Below are positions 1 to 8,904 of a stretch of DNA of 64,000 nt, one piece after another (position 1 is the stretch's first letter; the number at the start of each line of letters is the position of its first letter). The notes beneath the pieces are model-generated. The model saw only the letters and a program-made list of their open reading frames with translations. It was not told the DNA's origin and searched no databases. The stretch spans positions 67,522 to 131,521 of the forward strand of contig CAVZGV010000004.1 in assembly GCA_963774955.1 (NCBI GenBank). Direction: 5' to 3'. Both the position numbers and the translations under genes were made by a program. Source of the stretch: Candidatus Falkowbacteria bacterium. Its GTDB lineage: Bacteria > Patescibacteriota > Patescibacteriia > CAIXNZ01.

Positions 1-155
1 TACTTTTTACGGTCTTTGCAATTTGTCTCAGCTTTATTTCGGCCTATGCTACAAATTTTATCATTCTCAGAGACTACCATATTTTTGAAGCTTTCGGTGC
101 CGCCTGGAATCTCTTTAAAAAAAATATTGTTATTAGCCTAGAACTGGCTTTTACC

Positions 156-764
156 TTGTTTTTTCTAAAACTAGTAAGCCTGATTCTAATTGTTTGCCTG
201 GCTTTATTTTTCGCTATTCCTATCAGTTTGGTTTTTATTATTACCTGGGGCAGCAAAGATCTGATTGGCATTGTGATGAGCATAACCTTAATGCTATTAA
301 CCATAAGCTTTATCTCGATTTTTATAAATGCTATTTTTAATGTATTTTATTTATCCAGCTGGACCATCACTTTTATCAAATTAACTGAAGAGACATTAAT
401 GGGCAAAATCCACGCTTATATCAGAAATTTACCTTCTTCTTTAAATGACTTAGCTAAACGCTGGAATATTAAAATCGACAAAAAAGAAGCCAAAAAAATT
501 GCCGGAAAACTAGCCAAACAAACCGAAGTAGAGGCCAAAGCCTTGGCTCAAAACTTGGCTGCCAAATATAAAAAATATCAGCCGACGGTAAAAAAGCAAG
601 GGAAAATTCTAGCTAAGGAGCTTCAGGCTGCTTACATTAAATATGAACCGCGGTTAAAAAAAGAAGCCACAAAAATTGCGCTTCAAATAAAGAGTGAAAT
701 CAATCCGTCCAAGGTTACCGTAAAATCGACAAAAAACAAAAGTAAAAAAGTAACTAAAAAATAA
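156..764 (+). CDS. membrane protein, N-terminal TM helices plus C-terminal Lys/Ala-rich amphipathic repeats; probably continues upstream of window (frame break near A8 run 116-123)
   Basis: ORF track 202 aa (TTG start); hydrophobic N-terminus; repeated AKxLAxxL-like motifs; upstream partial ORF 1-141 in another frame ends just before it. Confidence 0.4.
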   Translation: MFFLKLVSLILIVCLALFFAIPISLVFIITWGSKDLIGIVMSITLMLLTISFISIFINAIFNVFYLSSWTITFIKLTEETLMGKIHAYIRNLPSSLNDLAKRWNIKIDKKEAKKIAGKLAKQTEVEAKALAQNLAAKYKKYQPTVKKQGKILAKELQAAYIKYEPRLKKEATKIALQIKSEINPSKVTVKSTKNKSKKVTKK

Positions 765-780
765 TCATACTTAATTTCTT

Positions 781-2529
781 ATGGCAGGCATTGATGATGA
801 TCAAAATGTTAAAGGGCTGTCTGATTTAATCAAGGAGAGCAAAAGCAAACAAATTAAACCAGTCATCTCTGAACAAAAAGTCACGGAAAAATTTTCAGAA
901 AAGATGGAAACGATCAAGGTTAAAGAGCTGGAAGAGGTTGCCCAAAACCAAGCTCAGAATTTGGGTTATCCCTACATTAACCTCGTCGGTATCCCTATTA
1001 ACAGCGATACTATTAATTGTATCCCTCAAGAAACGGCTGAGGCACATAAAGTCCTTTGCTTTTTTAAGTCTGACAAAGATATCAGGATTGCTTCACCAGT
1101 ACCCAACAATCCCAACCTAAAAAAAATATTAGAAGATCTGGCCAAGGAAACAATCAGCGGTCACGGAGAAATCTATCTGGTTTCCGAAAATAGTTTCAAT
1201 ACTGCCTTTAAATTTTATGCAAAATTTCCGCCGCCTCGAGAATTTGTGACCGGAGTAAAAATTACCGGAGATGAACTGGACAAGATAAAAAAGGAGATTA
1301 AAAACTTCGGAATTCTAAATGCCAAACTGAATGAAGAGAAGAACATGACTAACATTTTTAAAATGATTTTGGCCGGTGCCATGCAAGCCGGATCTTCTGA
1401 CATCCATATTGAAGCAGAAGAAGAAAAAATTGCTTTAAGATATAGAGTTGACGGTGTTTTACACGTTGTTGCCACGTTAACAAAAAAAATCTGGGAACGG
1501 CTAGATTCCAGATTGAAAAATATTGCCGGTTTAAAAATTAATGTTACTGACAAACCCCAAGACGGCCGTATCACCATCTATCTGTCTAAAAATGAGAAAA
1601 TGGAAGTTCGTGTTTCCACCTTACCTACAGCTTATGGCGAAAGCATTGTCATGCGTTTATTAAAATCAAATATATCAAGCTTGGAATTTGAAGATTTGGG
1701 TGTCCGAGGTAAAGCTTATGAAGACTTAAAACGGCAGGTCGAACGGCCGACCGGGATGATTATAACTACCGGACCAACAGGCTCTGGTAAAACTACGTCT
1801 TTGTATGCTATTTTAAATAAGCTTAATAGTCCGGAAACAAAAATAATTACCCTGGAAGATCCGATTGAATATAAACTGGAAGGTATTGCTCAAAGTCAGA
1901 TTGACCATTCGGCCGGCTATTCATTTGCCGACGGTCTGCGCTCCATTTTGAGGCAAGATCCTGATATCATCATGGTTGGTGAATTGCGTGATATAGAAAC
2001 AGTGGAAGTTGCCATACAGGCAGCCTTAACCGGTCATCAGGTTTTATCAACTTTACATACCAATGACGCTGCCGGCGCCATCCCCCGCTTTTTATCTATG
2101 GGCGCCAAGCCTTTTCTTTTGGCACCAGCCTTAAACGCAGTCATCGGCCAACGTTTAGTCAGAAAAATCCATGATAAATGTAAAATTGAAATGCAATTAG
2201 AACCTGACAAACTGGAACGGGTAAAAAAAGTACTGCTTAATCTGCCGCCGAATTCCGGCTATAACGTTGATCTGAATAATATGAAATTTTATCGTGGCCA
2301 AGGCTGCGATGAATGTAATCATATCGGCCTCAAAGGCAGACTTGGTATTTATGAAATATTTACTTTAAATCCCCAAATTGAAGCGGAAATCCTTTCAGGC
2401 AAAGCCTCCGAATATAAAATTGCTGAATTGGCCCATGACAGCGGCATGATTTCCATGGTTCAGGACGGTATTTTAAAAGCCTTAGATGGCATTACTACTG
2501 TAGATGAAATCTTCAGGGTAATCGAGTAA
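781..2529 (+). CDS. pilB: type IV pilus assembly ATPase PilB / GspE-family secretion ATPase
   Basis: Walker A GPTGSGKTT, Asp box DPDIIMVGELRD, His box LSTLHTNDAAGA, C-terminal CxxC..CxxC zinc motif (GQGCDECNHIGLKGRLGIYE). Confidence 0.85.
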   Translation: MAGIDDDQNVKGLSDLIKESKSKQIKPVISEQKVTEKFSEKMETIKVKELEEVAQNQAQNLGYPYINLVGIPINSDTINCIPQETAEAHKVLCFFKSDKDIRIASPVPNNPNLKKILEDLAKETISGHGEIYLVSENSFNTAFKFYAKFPPPREFVTGVKITGDELDKIKKEIKNFGILNAKLNEEKNMTNIFKMILAGAMQAGSSDIHIEAEEEKIALRYRVDGVLHVVATLTKKIWERLDSRLKNIAGLKINVTDKPQDGRITIYLSKNEKMEVRVSTLPTAYGESIVMRLLKSNISSLEFEDLGVRGKAYEDLKRQVERPTGMIITTGPTGSGKTTSLYAILNKLNSPETKIITLEDPIEYKLEGIAQSQIDHSAGYSFADGLRSILRQDPDIIMVGELRDIETVEVAIQAALTGHQVLSTLHTNDAAGAIPRFLSMGAKPFLLAPALNAVIGQRLVRKIHDKCKIEMQLEPDKLERVKKVLLNLPPNSGYNVDLNNMKFYRGQGCDECNHIGLKGRLGIYEIFTLNPQIEAEILSGKASEYKIAELAHDSGMISMVQDGILKALDGITTVDEIFRVIE

Positions 2530-2618
2530 TAACTGCCTATTTGACAATCTTTTACAATGATGATAAAGTACTTAATCCCGGCAAGGGTAAACATATAAGG
2601 GTCCAAGGAGGGTGTAAA

Positions 2619-2822
2619 ATGACAACTGAAGACAAGAAAACGATTCTGGTCAAAAAAGAAGAAGTCCATGACCGAAGACTCCAAAGAATATTAGACAAAC
2701 ATGAAGGCGAACCATTTATTCCTCTGGGGGACATGATGGTCACTCACCTCGAGTTTGTCAGAGAAAGAGATCGCCAGAATAACCTAGCTCAAGAAGAAGC
2801 TAGTACCGAAAAGGAAAAATAA
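2619..2822 (+). CDS. small hypothetical protein (acidic/basic, about 67 aa)
   Basis: GGAGG RBS 7 nt before ATG at 2619; followed by hairpin terminator. Confidence 0.4.
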   Translation: MTTEDKKTILVKKEEVHDRRLQRILDKHEGEPFIPLGDMMVTHLEFVRERDRQNNLAQEEASTEKEK

Positions 2823-2828
2823 CTAAAA

Positions 2829-2862
2829 CGCCCCGTACCAACTGGTACAGGGCGTTTCTTTG
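2829..2862. terminator. bidirectional rho-independent terminator between convergent genes
   Basis: hairpin cgccccgtacc-aactg-gtacagggcg followed by T-run. Confidence 0.6.
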
Positions 2863-2871
2863 TATTACAGA

Positions 2872-3726
2872 TTATTTTTTGAAATATTCATGAAATTTTG
2901 AGACCTTAACCAGTAAGTCTTTGGCCTTGGCTATTTTAGCCTGTTCGGCCGGAGATTTCAAAAAATCTTCCAAAGCACCTTTCATAGCAAAAAGTTGTCT
3001 TTCAATTTCTAATCTTAGTAAAGTTTTAATTTCCTTTTCCTTGGGACTAAGATCTTTAGCTTCTTTACTAGAAATTATCGCATCAGCCATTTTCTCTATA
3101 CTGCCATTAGCAATATAGACTTCTAGTCTGGGCATTACAATTCCCCGCAAATCATCGGCTTCTAAATATTTAAAGATAGCATCAACGTCAACAACCTTTT
3201 CTGATACTTCCTCATTGCTAAGCGCAAAATTTCCAGCTCTAATGTTATCGACAAAGCTCTGAGCTTTAAATTTAGCAGCATCAGCACTTAAAGCGTTGCC
3301 GACTTGAATAGCTAGTCCAATATTTGTTTCATCGTTAAGAGGTAAACTCAAAACCATATCTGCATTTTCCCGTAATTGATCAAATCTAGATAAAGAAAAA
3401 ACCTGCAAACCGCTGGCTGCTTCAGCAGCCGATCTTTCAAATAACTGCATTACACCTACAGCAGCCATTAGTTTTTCGCGGTACTGAAACATTTTCTGTT
3501 TATAGCGCCTATCTTCTTCATTTGTGACCCAGTCCTGATCTGTTTTTAATTCTTGTAAATCATCACTGGCAATATCTTTTTGGCTATCCAGAGCAGCCTT
3601 TCTCCATTCCGCCTGCAATTGGGCAATGGCCTTGATTCTAGCATCAGAACTTTCAACATCTAAGATACCATTTTTAAACTCCATATCTTCAATTACTCTC
3701 CCTTCAAAATCGCCTTTTTTAGCCAT
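2872..3726 (-). CDS. hypothetical protein (284 aa, alpha-helical, acidic)
   Basis: long ORF, host-like composition; no motif recognised. Confidence 0.5.
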   Translation of the reverse strand: MAKKGDFEGRVIEDMEFKNGILDVESSDARIKAIAQLQAEWRKAALDSQKDIASDDLQELKTDQDWVTNEEDRRYKQKMFQYREKLMAAVGVMQLFERSAAEAASGLQVFSLSRFDQLRENADMVLSLPLNDETNIGLAIQVGNALSADAAKFKAQSFVDNIRAGNFALSNEEVSEKVVDVDAIFKYLEADDLRGIVMPRLEVYIANGSIEKMADAIISSKEAKDLSPKEKEIKTLLRLEIERQLFAMKGALEDFLKSPAEQAKIAKAKDLLVKVSKFHEYFKK

Positions 3727-3782
3727 AGATTTGAAATAAATTATTAGTAATACTTTAATTTTAGCATACTTTAGCTAAAAAG

Positions 3783-4220
3783 TCAAGAGGAAATTTTAAA
3801 TTCTCTGCTATTATCTTTTAGTATAATCTTTAGCCAAACAACCTTTTTAAATGATTTTAAATATTTTTCAATCTTATCAGCCCACTCAATTATCACTATC
3901 GCCTCAGGATTATTCAAATACTCCTCAATCCCCAAATAAAACAATTCCTGCGGATCATCTAAGCGATAGCAATCCACATGGATTAGATTTTGGATTTTAG
4001 ATTTTCGATCTTGGATTTGGTAAACTTTCATCAAAACAAAAGTCGGGCTGGTTACTTTTTCTTTGATCCCAAAAGCTTTGGCCAAATATTGAGTCAAAGT
4101 TGTTTTACCGGCACCCAACTCGCCCTCAAGCGCAATAATCTCTCCACCCTTAAGTGACTTGGCCAGCTTCTTGGCCAGGGCTTGAGTATCTTTTTCGGTT
4201 TTTATAATAATTTTTTTCAT
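3783..4220 (-). CDS. tsaE: tRNA threonylcarbamoyladenosine biosynthesis protein TsaE (YjeE)
   Basis: P-loop GELGAGKTTLTQ, size 145 aa, adjacent to tsaD. Confidence 0.8.
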   Translation of the reverse strand: MKKIIIKTEKDTQALAKKLAKSLKGGEIIALEGELGAGKTTLTQYLAKAFGIKEKVTSPTFVLMKVYQIQDRKSKIQNLIHVDCYRLDDPQELFYLGIEEYLNNPEAIVIIEWADKIEKYLKSFKKVVWLKIILKDNSREFKISS

Positions 4221-4386
4221 AGATTGATGATAAAGATGAGAAAAAAGGGGAAAGAGAGTAAGAAGGGTAAGAAGAGAATTCCCTTATTACTCCTCTTTAC
4301 CCACCTTACGCTTCTTTCCCTTTTTCAAGGCAACCTTATAAAACTTCATAGAACTTTATATAACCTAATATAACCTTATTTTAAAC

Positions 4387-5427
4387 TTACACTTCCAGGT
4401 TCGGATCCACCTTAACATCCCGCCAAGATTCGCTAAAATTCGCTAAACCATCTTTGGCCTGAAAATAAGCTGCTACTGCTACCATTAAAGCATTGTCAGT
4501 AGTCAAATGCAAGTCAGGCTGAAAAAATTTTACTTGTGGTAATTTCGCTTCTACTTGTTCTGCCAATTGACGTCTTAATTCTTTATTAGCCGCCACACCG
4601 CCACCAAGTAATAAAGACTTAACTTCATATTTTTCCGCTGCTTTTAAGGTCTTGGCAACCAAGACATCAATACTAGCCTGCTGAAAAGACGCGCACATTT
4701 TACGAATATTCCCATTGTCTTTGAATTTCTCTTTTGCCCACTCATATTTAACCGCTGTTTTTAAGCCGGAAAAACTAAAATCAAAATCCTTAGTATAAAT
4801 CATTGGGCGCGGTAATTTGAAATATTCAGAGTCAGCGTTGGCCGCATATTTAGAAATTATCGGACCGCCCGGATAACCCAGCCCCATAATTTTAGCGGCT
4901 TTATCAAAAGCTTCGCCAACAGCATCATCACGGGTTGAACCAATGGTTTTAAAATTATTGGGATCTTTAAGTAAAACCAAAGAAGTATGTCCGCCGGAAA
5001 CAACCAGACATAAAGCCGGGTATTCTATTATTTCCAATTCGCCTTGTTCGCCCTTTAAATAATTAGCCAGAATATGCGCTTTAACATGATTAACCGGAAT
5101 CAAAGGTTTATGCCAAACCATGGCTAAAGTCTTGGCGGTTTCTACGCCAACAATTAGAGACGTTATTAATCCCGGACCATAAACTACGGCAATGGCATCA
5201 ATTTTTTCGGGTTTAACTTTTGCTTGTTTCAACGCTTTATCTAAAAGCGGCAACATATTTTCCATGTGCTTGCGAGCCGCCACTTCAGGCACGACTCCGC
5301 CGTATTTTTTATGAATGTTAATTTGTGAGGCCACGAAATTAGCCAAAACTTTAAATTTCCGGTTATTGATTTCCAGGATAGCAACTGCGGTTTCATCGCA
5401 GGAGGTTTCTATTGATAAGATTATCAT
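4387..5427 (-). CDS. tsaD: tRNA N6-adenosine threonylcarbamoyltransferase TsaD (Kae1/Gcp)
   Basis: N-terminus MIILSIETSCDETAVAIL, ASKHA fold motifs, 346 aa. Confidence 0.9.
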   Translation of the reverse strand: MIILSIETSCDETAVAILEINNRKFKVLANFVASQINIHKKYGGVVPEVAARKHMENMLPLLDKALKQAKVKPEKIDAIAVVYGPGLITSLIVGVETAKTLAMVWHKPLIPVNHVKAHILANYLKGEQGELEIIEYPALCLVVSGGHTSLVLLKDPNNFKTIGSTRDDAVGEAFDKAAKIMGLGYPGGPIISKYAANADSEYFKLPRPMIYTKDFDFSFSGLKTAVKYEWAKEKFKDNGNIRKMCASFQQASIDVLVAKTLKAAEKYEVKSLLLGGGVAANKELRRQLAEQVEAKLPQVKFFQPDLHLTTDNALMVAVAAYFQAKDGLANFSESWRDVKVDPNLEV

Positions 5428-5432
5428 AATTG

Positions 5433-6047
5433 TTAATTCTCACTTATTAAATCCGGATAATTAGTATAAATATATCTATAATTCTCTGCGTCGGGAATTT
5501 TGTGCTTCATAGGATTTTCATAAATATAGCGTAAATGTTCGTCAAAATCATTTTCATTGCGGATGTAATGGTCGCGAAATGATTTTTGCCAATGGAATTT
5601 TAGAAAGTAAGTTTGGGCTTGGCCGTATTTGGCAATAAATAGCTTTCGCAATTCAAATAAATATTCGTAATGTTTTTCGATTAATCCCTCATAAATTTGA
5701 TATTTTCCCTGGTTTCGAACCCGAAGGAGCGATTTGCAAATCGCTCCTTCGGGTTCGTGACCGAGGATAAAATTTATGTGGCGGGTATAATGTCTTTTCA
5801 AAAATTGCATTATTTTGGATAAATCCTTTGATTCCATTGGAAAAAACATCAAATGAAAATGGTCTTTCAATATTACAAAGGCAAAAAGATCCATGTTCTT
5901 CATTTTCTTAACCAATCGTAATTCTTCAATAAACAATTTACAAAAAATCTGTTCCTTAAAATATTCAACACGATTATCGGCAACTGAGGTAACAAAATAT
6001 GTCGCGCCTTCAAAATATATTCTTTTTTGTGCCCCCTTGTGTAACAT
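5433..6047 (-). CDS. REP-associated tyrosine transposase (RAYT, IS200-like Y1/HUH transposase) with an internal roughly 50-aa insertion
   Basis: aligns to E. coli RAYT motifs: YFEGATYFVTSV, HUH motif DHFHLMFF, C-terminal SFRDHYIRN..EHLRYIYENPMKHK (catalytic Tyr region). Confidence 0.8.
   Translation of the reverse strand: MLHKGAQKRIYFEGATYFVTSVADNRVEYFKEQIFCKLFIEELRLVKKMKNMDLFAFVILKDHFHLMFFPMESKDLSKIMQFLKRHYTRHINFILGHEPEGAICKSLLRVRNQGKYQIYEGLIEKHYEYLFELRKLFIAKYGQAQTYFLKFHWQKSFRDHYIRNENDFDEHLRYIYENPMKHKIPDAENYRYIYTNYPDLISEN
5716..5757. repeat. perfect 42-bp palindrome inside the RAYT coding sequence
   Basis: CGAACCCGAAGGAGCGATTTGCAAATCGCTCCTTCGGGTTCG equals its own reverse complement; encodes EPEGAICKSLLRVR within an insertion not present in canonical RAYTs. 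Confidence 0.9.
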
Positions 6048-6146
6048 ATAATTATTTTAATTCTACTTAAAAAATCAACAAAAATCAAGGTTTAATATAA
6101 ATAAAAAAACCGCCTCCGAAGAGAACGGTTTTGATGTCAGCAATTA

Positions 6147-6338
6147 CTAGTCAACTGAATTTCTTTCTTCTTTTGTTTGGCCGCACTTGCAGGAAGATGA
6201 AACAACTTCCCAGCCGGCAATTGGACCTCTCTCAGCCTGTTCAACATGGCGTCCAGTTTCTTTCCAATCATGACGATGCGGTTTTTTGTTTTTCTTGCAA
6301 GTCATACTTACTCCTTTATTATTTCCTTGTCGCCCCAT
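6147..6338 (-). CDS. small Cys-containing hypothetical protein (GC-rich block)
   Basis: ORF track 63 aa; 4-nt overlap with upstream ORF; GC about 50%. Confidence 0.3.
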   Translation of the reverse strand: MGRQGNNKGVSMTCKKNKKPHRHDWKETGRHVEQAERGPIAGWEVVSSSCKCGQTKEERNSVD

Positions 6339-6561
6339 TCATTACCTGAAAACGTTCAAGAAGTTCAGCCTCAGTAAATTGCCCTTCATGGGTAATCGCT
6401 TCTTCAATAAACTTAGCCGGGTCGCCTTGTTTCATGGGATTTAGCTGGCAATCATCGCAGACAGAACTGTCAGCCGTGCTATAAAGCTCCATCAGGCATT
6501 TTTCACAGGTTGCCTGGCTCATGCCCATCTCAGTCAATCTTGGATCCTGATCTGGTCTCAT
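6319..6561 (-). CDS. small hypothetical protein with CxxC..CxxC motifs
   Basis: ORF track 80 aa; CEKC...CDDC; translationally coupled overlaps on both sides. Confidence 0.35.
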   Translation of the reverse strand: MRPDQDPRLTEMGMSQATCEKCLMELYSTADSSVCDDCQLNPMKQGDPAKFIEEAITHEGQFTEAELLERFQVMNGATRK

Positions 6562-6966
6562 TTTTTACCTCCCGATAATTCGGAAGATTTGATCATGCCA
6601 CCTTGAGTGTGCGGATTTTTGCAGTGCGGGCAAATCCCAGCCACCCCCTGAAATTCACCCTTGAACTTTTGACCATTGGCTCGAGCAATACGTTCGTAGG
6701 TACCCCGCTCCCAATGGTAATAGCGTGAACCGTCAGGAAATTCCCAATACCAGCAGCATTGTCCGCATTTTTGAATGAACCTTACCTTTTTACCACGGCG
6801 ACGCGCCAGAGTGACTTCTCCTGGAATGTGGCGGGCTCCTCTGGCTAAATCCTCGGCATCAGATTTGGGAAAGCTGGCATTAGTATCGCCATCTTCACCT
6901 TTATCCTTATCCAGAGCATTGGCCAACATTCCAAAACCCGCCAAAAACTCTCGTCTGTCATTTTCC
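6558..6966 (-). CDS. hypothetical zinc-ribbon-like protein
   Basis: AGGAGG RBS before ATG (MENDRREF); CGQCC..CPHC motif; GC-rich relative to flanks. Confidence 0.4.
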
Positions 6967-7150
6967 ATTGTTTCCTCCTGCTTTTCTGTTTTCCATTTTA
7001 TGTCTAATCTAAACATAATCACTATCATAAGTCAAACCTTGACGCCTACTCAATTTTACCCTATAATATAACCATAATCCCTAGCGGGATTTTTAGTTTA
7101 AATAGAAATTCCATAGTTATTAGTTGTTAGTTATAAGTTTTTAGTTAATT

Positions 7151-7243
7151 GCGCCGCCATCGTCTAGTGGTTAGCCTGTCCGCCTCTGGCGGAGACACCA
7201 GGTTTTTCCGCCAAAGGCGGATCCGCCTCCGGCGGACATCCTG
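7151..7243 (+). pseudogene. 5' portion (positions 1-43) of tRNA-Glu interrupted by two REP-like palindromic insertions
   Basis: GCGCCGCCATCGTCTAGTGGTTAG + insert + GACACCAGGTTTT + TCCGCCAAAGGCGGATCCGCCTCCGGCGGA + CATCCTG, compared with intact copy at 7516. Confidence 0.7.
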
Positions 7244-7255
7244 TTTAGAATTAAT

Positions 7256-7510
7256 ATGTATTATTTATATATTTTACTAAGCTTAAAAGATTCAGGTTAT
7301 TATATTGGAATAAGCGATAACCCGGAGAAAAGACTGCTTGAACATAACCAAGGTAAAACAAAATCCATAAAAAGCAGGATCCCATTTGAATTAAAATATA
7401 AAGAGGCATATAGTACTAAAACTGAAGCAAGAAAAAGAGAAATTTTATTAAAGAAAAATTATCAGATTCGCAAGGAATTACTTAATAAAATTGGATTTAA
7501 TCTTAAATAA
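7256..7510 (+). CDS. small GIY-YIG nuclease family protein inserted in the tRNA-Glu locus
   Basis: YYLYILLSLKDSGYYIGISDNPEKRLLEHNQG (GIY-YIG plus R..EHN catalytic motif), 84 aa. Confidence 0.75.
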   Translation: MYYLYILLSLKDSGYYIGISDNPEKRLLEHNQGKTKSIKSRIPFELKYKEAYSTKTEARKREILLKKNYQIRKELLNKIGFNLK

Positions 7511-7515
7511 ACCAC

Positions 7516-7587
7516 GCCGCCATCGTCTAGTGGTTAGGACACCAGGTTTTCATCCTGGTAACAGGGGTTCGATTCCCCTTGGCGGTA
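7516..7587 (+). tRNA. tRNA-Glu (anticodon TTC)
   Basis: manual fold: acceptor GCCGCCA/TGGCGGT, D-arm GTCTAGTGGTTAGGAC, anticodon stem CCAGG/CCTGG with loop TTTTCAT, T-arm AGGGGTTCGATTCCCCT; no encoded CCA. Confidence 0.8.
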
Positions 7588-8056
7588 CTAGAGCAAAAAT
7601 CACTTCTATCGCAGAGGTGTTTTTTGTTATATAAACTGTTTGATAATTTTTATTATTTAAGGTTTTTCCGCCAAAGGCGGACCCGCCTCAGGCGGGCATC
7701 CTGGTAACAGGGGTTCGATTCCCCTTGGCGGTACTAGAGCAAAAATCACTTCTATCACAGAGGTGTTTTTTGTTATATAAACTGTTTGATAATTTTTATT
7801 ATTTAAGGTTTTTCCGCCAAAGGCGGACCCGCCTCAGGCGGGCATCCTGGTAACAGGGGTTCGATTCCCCTTGGCGGTACTAGAGCAAAAATCACTTCTA
7901 TCGCAGAGGTGTTTTTTGTTATATAAACTGTTTGATAATTTTTATTATTTAAGGTTTTTCCGCCAAAGGCGGACCCGCCTCAGGCGGGCATCCTGGTAAC
8001 AGGGGTTCGCCTGCCCGCCGTAGCTTGAGCGAAGGCGGGATTCCCCTTGGCGGTAC
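7588..8056 (+). repeat. tandem repeat, 146-bp unit x about 3.4; each unit is a tRNA-Glu 3' half with a REP-like hairpin doublet in the anticodon loop plus a 73-bp spacer
   Basis: units start 7661, 7807, 7953 with 1-2 substitutions; last unit also has a hairpin insertion in the T-loop (8010-8039). Confidence 0.85.
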
Positions 8057-8092
8057 TGAGAAAAAACTCTGTTCCATTTAGGAAACAGAGTT
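8057..8092. terminator. bidirectional terminator
   Basis: aaaaaactctgtttcc...ggaaacagagttttt hairpin. Confidence 0.6.
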
Positions 8093-8093
8093 T

Positions 8094-8531
8094 TTAGTTT
8101 GAAAAATAGAAGAGGTCAATACAATTATCCAGATCATGGATTAAAACCAGTTTTTTGGCCAATGAAGGATCAATCCATTGAAATCCCTTATGCTCCGTTG
8201 GCTCAATCTTTACTTCTGGGCGTTTATCCAAAAGGCAGAAATAAATATGATAGATAAAATCTACCCCGCAATTTCTGACAAAAATCGTCTGGAAAAATAT
8301 GACTTCAGATAGGGGTATGACCAAGCCTGTTTCTTCAAAAATCTCACGTTGCATCGCCAAATGAGGCGATTGATCAGTAACGTCAACTTTACCAGAGGGC
8401 AATCCCCAGGTATTCCCTGACTTTTTATAGTCCTGTCTTAAAAGCAGCAAAATTTCTCCCTGGTCTTGCAAAAAACAGCCAACTGCTTCAAAAACAGGAT
8501 TAAAATCTGCAGGTTTTTCTTTAAAGATCAA
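8094..8531 (-). CDS. NUDIX hydrolase
   Basis: Nudix box GLPSGKVDVTDQSPHLAMQREIFEETGL. Confidence 0.75.
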   Translation of the reverse strand: MIFKEKPADFNPVFEAVGCFLQDQGEILLLLRQDYKKSGNTWGLPSGKVDVTDQSPHLAMQREIFEETGLVIPLSEVIFFQTIFVRNCGVDFIYHIYFCLLDKRPEVKIEPTEHKGFQWIDPSLAKKLVLIHDLDNCIDLFYFSN

Positions 8532-8661
8532 CTTATCACCTCCTTGTTAATTTCTTTATATTATCACTAAAATAATTGAAAGTCAAAGCCATATCTCTGC
8601 CCAGAGCTTGATTTTTTGTTTGAATTTGTTATACTACTAAATCTAAGCAAGGAGGTTAAAA

Positions 8662-8904
8662 ATGGCTGAAAAACCAAGTCCCAAGTATCCTGAAAAGACT
8701 TTGGTACAATTTAAACACGGACACGATCTTTATATCGGTCAAATAATTAAAAGTGAAATTGTTCAGGCTGGGCATCGGGGCAGAAAAGCAGGCAGTATTC
8801 TTTATCTGGTCCGCATCCTGTCCATAAATCGCCAAAAAACCACTGATTGTCTCCAATCTACCATTGGCGAAGATGAAATTATCAGCCACAAAAAGCCAAC
8901 TTAG
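8662..8904 (+). CDS. small hypothetical protein
   Basis: AAGGAGG RBS; terminator hairpin 8907-8940. Confidence 0.45.
   Translation: MAEKPSPKYPEKTLVQFKHGHDLYIGQIIKSEIVQAGHRGRKAGSILYLVRILSINRQKTTDCLQSTIGEDEIISHKKPT

Noticed and set aside
74-304. Minus-strand 76-aa ORF at window start and other short antisense ORFs listed in the track (for example 938-1120, 1215-1577, 2460-2743)
   Set aside because: Embedded in or antisense to well-supported genes (membrane protein, pilB) without RBS; considered non-coding.
7588-8056. Tandem units as multiple functional tRNA-Glu genes with introns
   Set aside because: Each unit lacks the 5' acceptor/D-arm half entirely (starts at the anticodon stem), so no complete cloverleaf can form; interpreted as pseudo-tRNA 3' halves.
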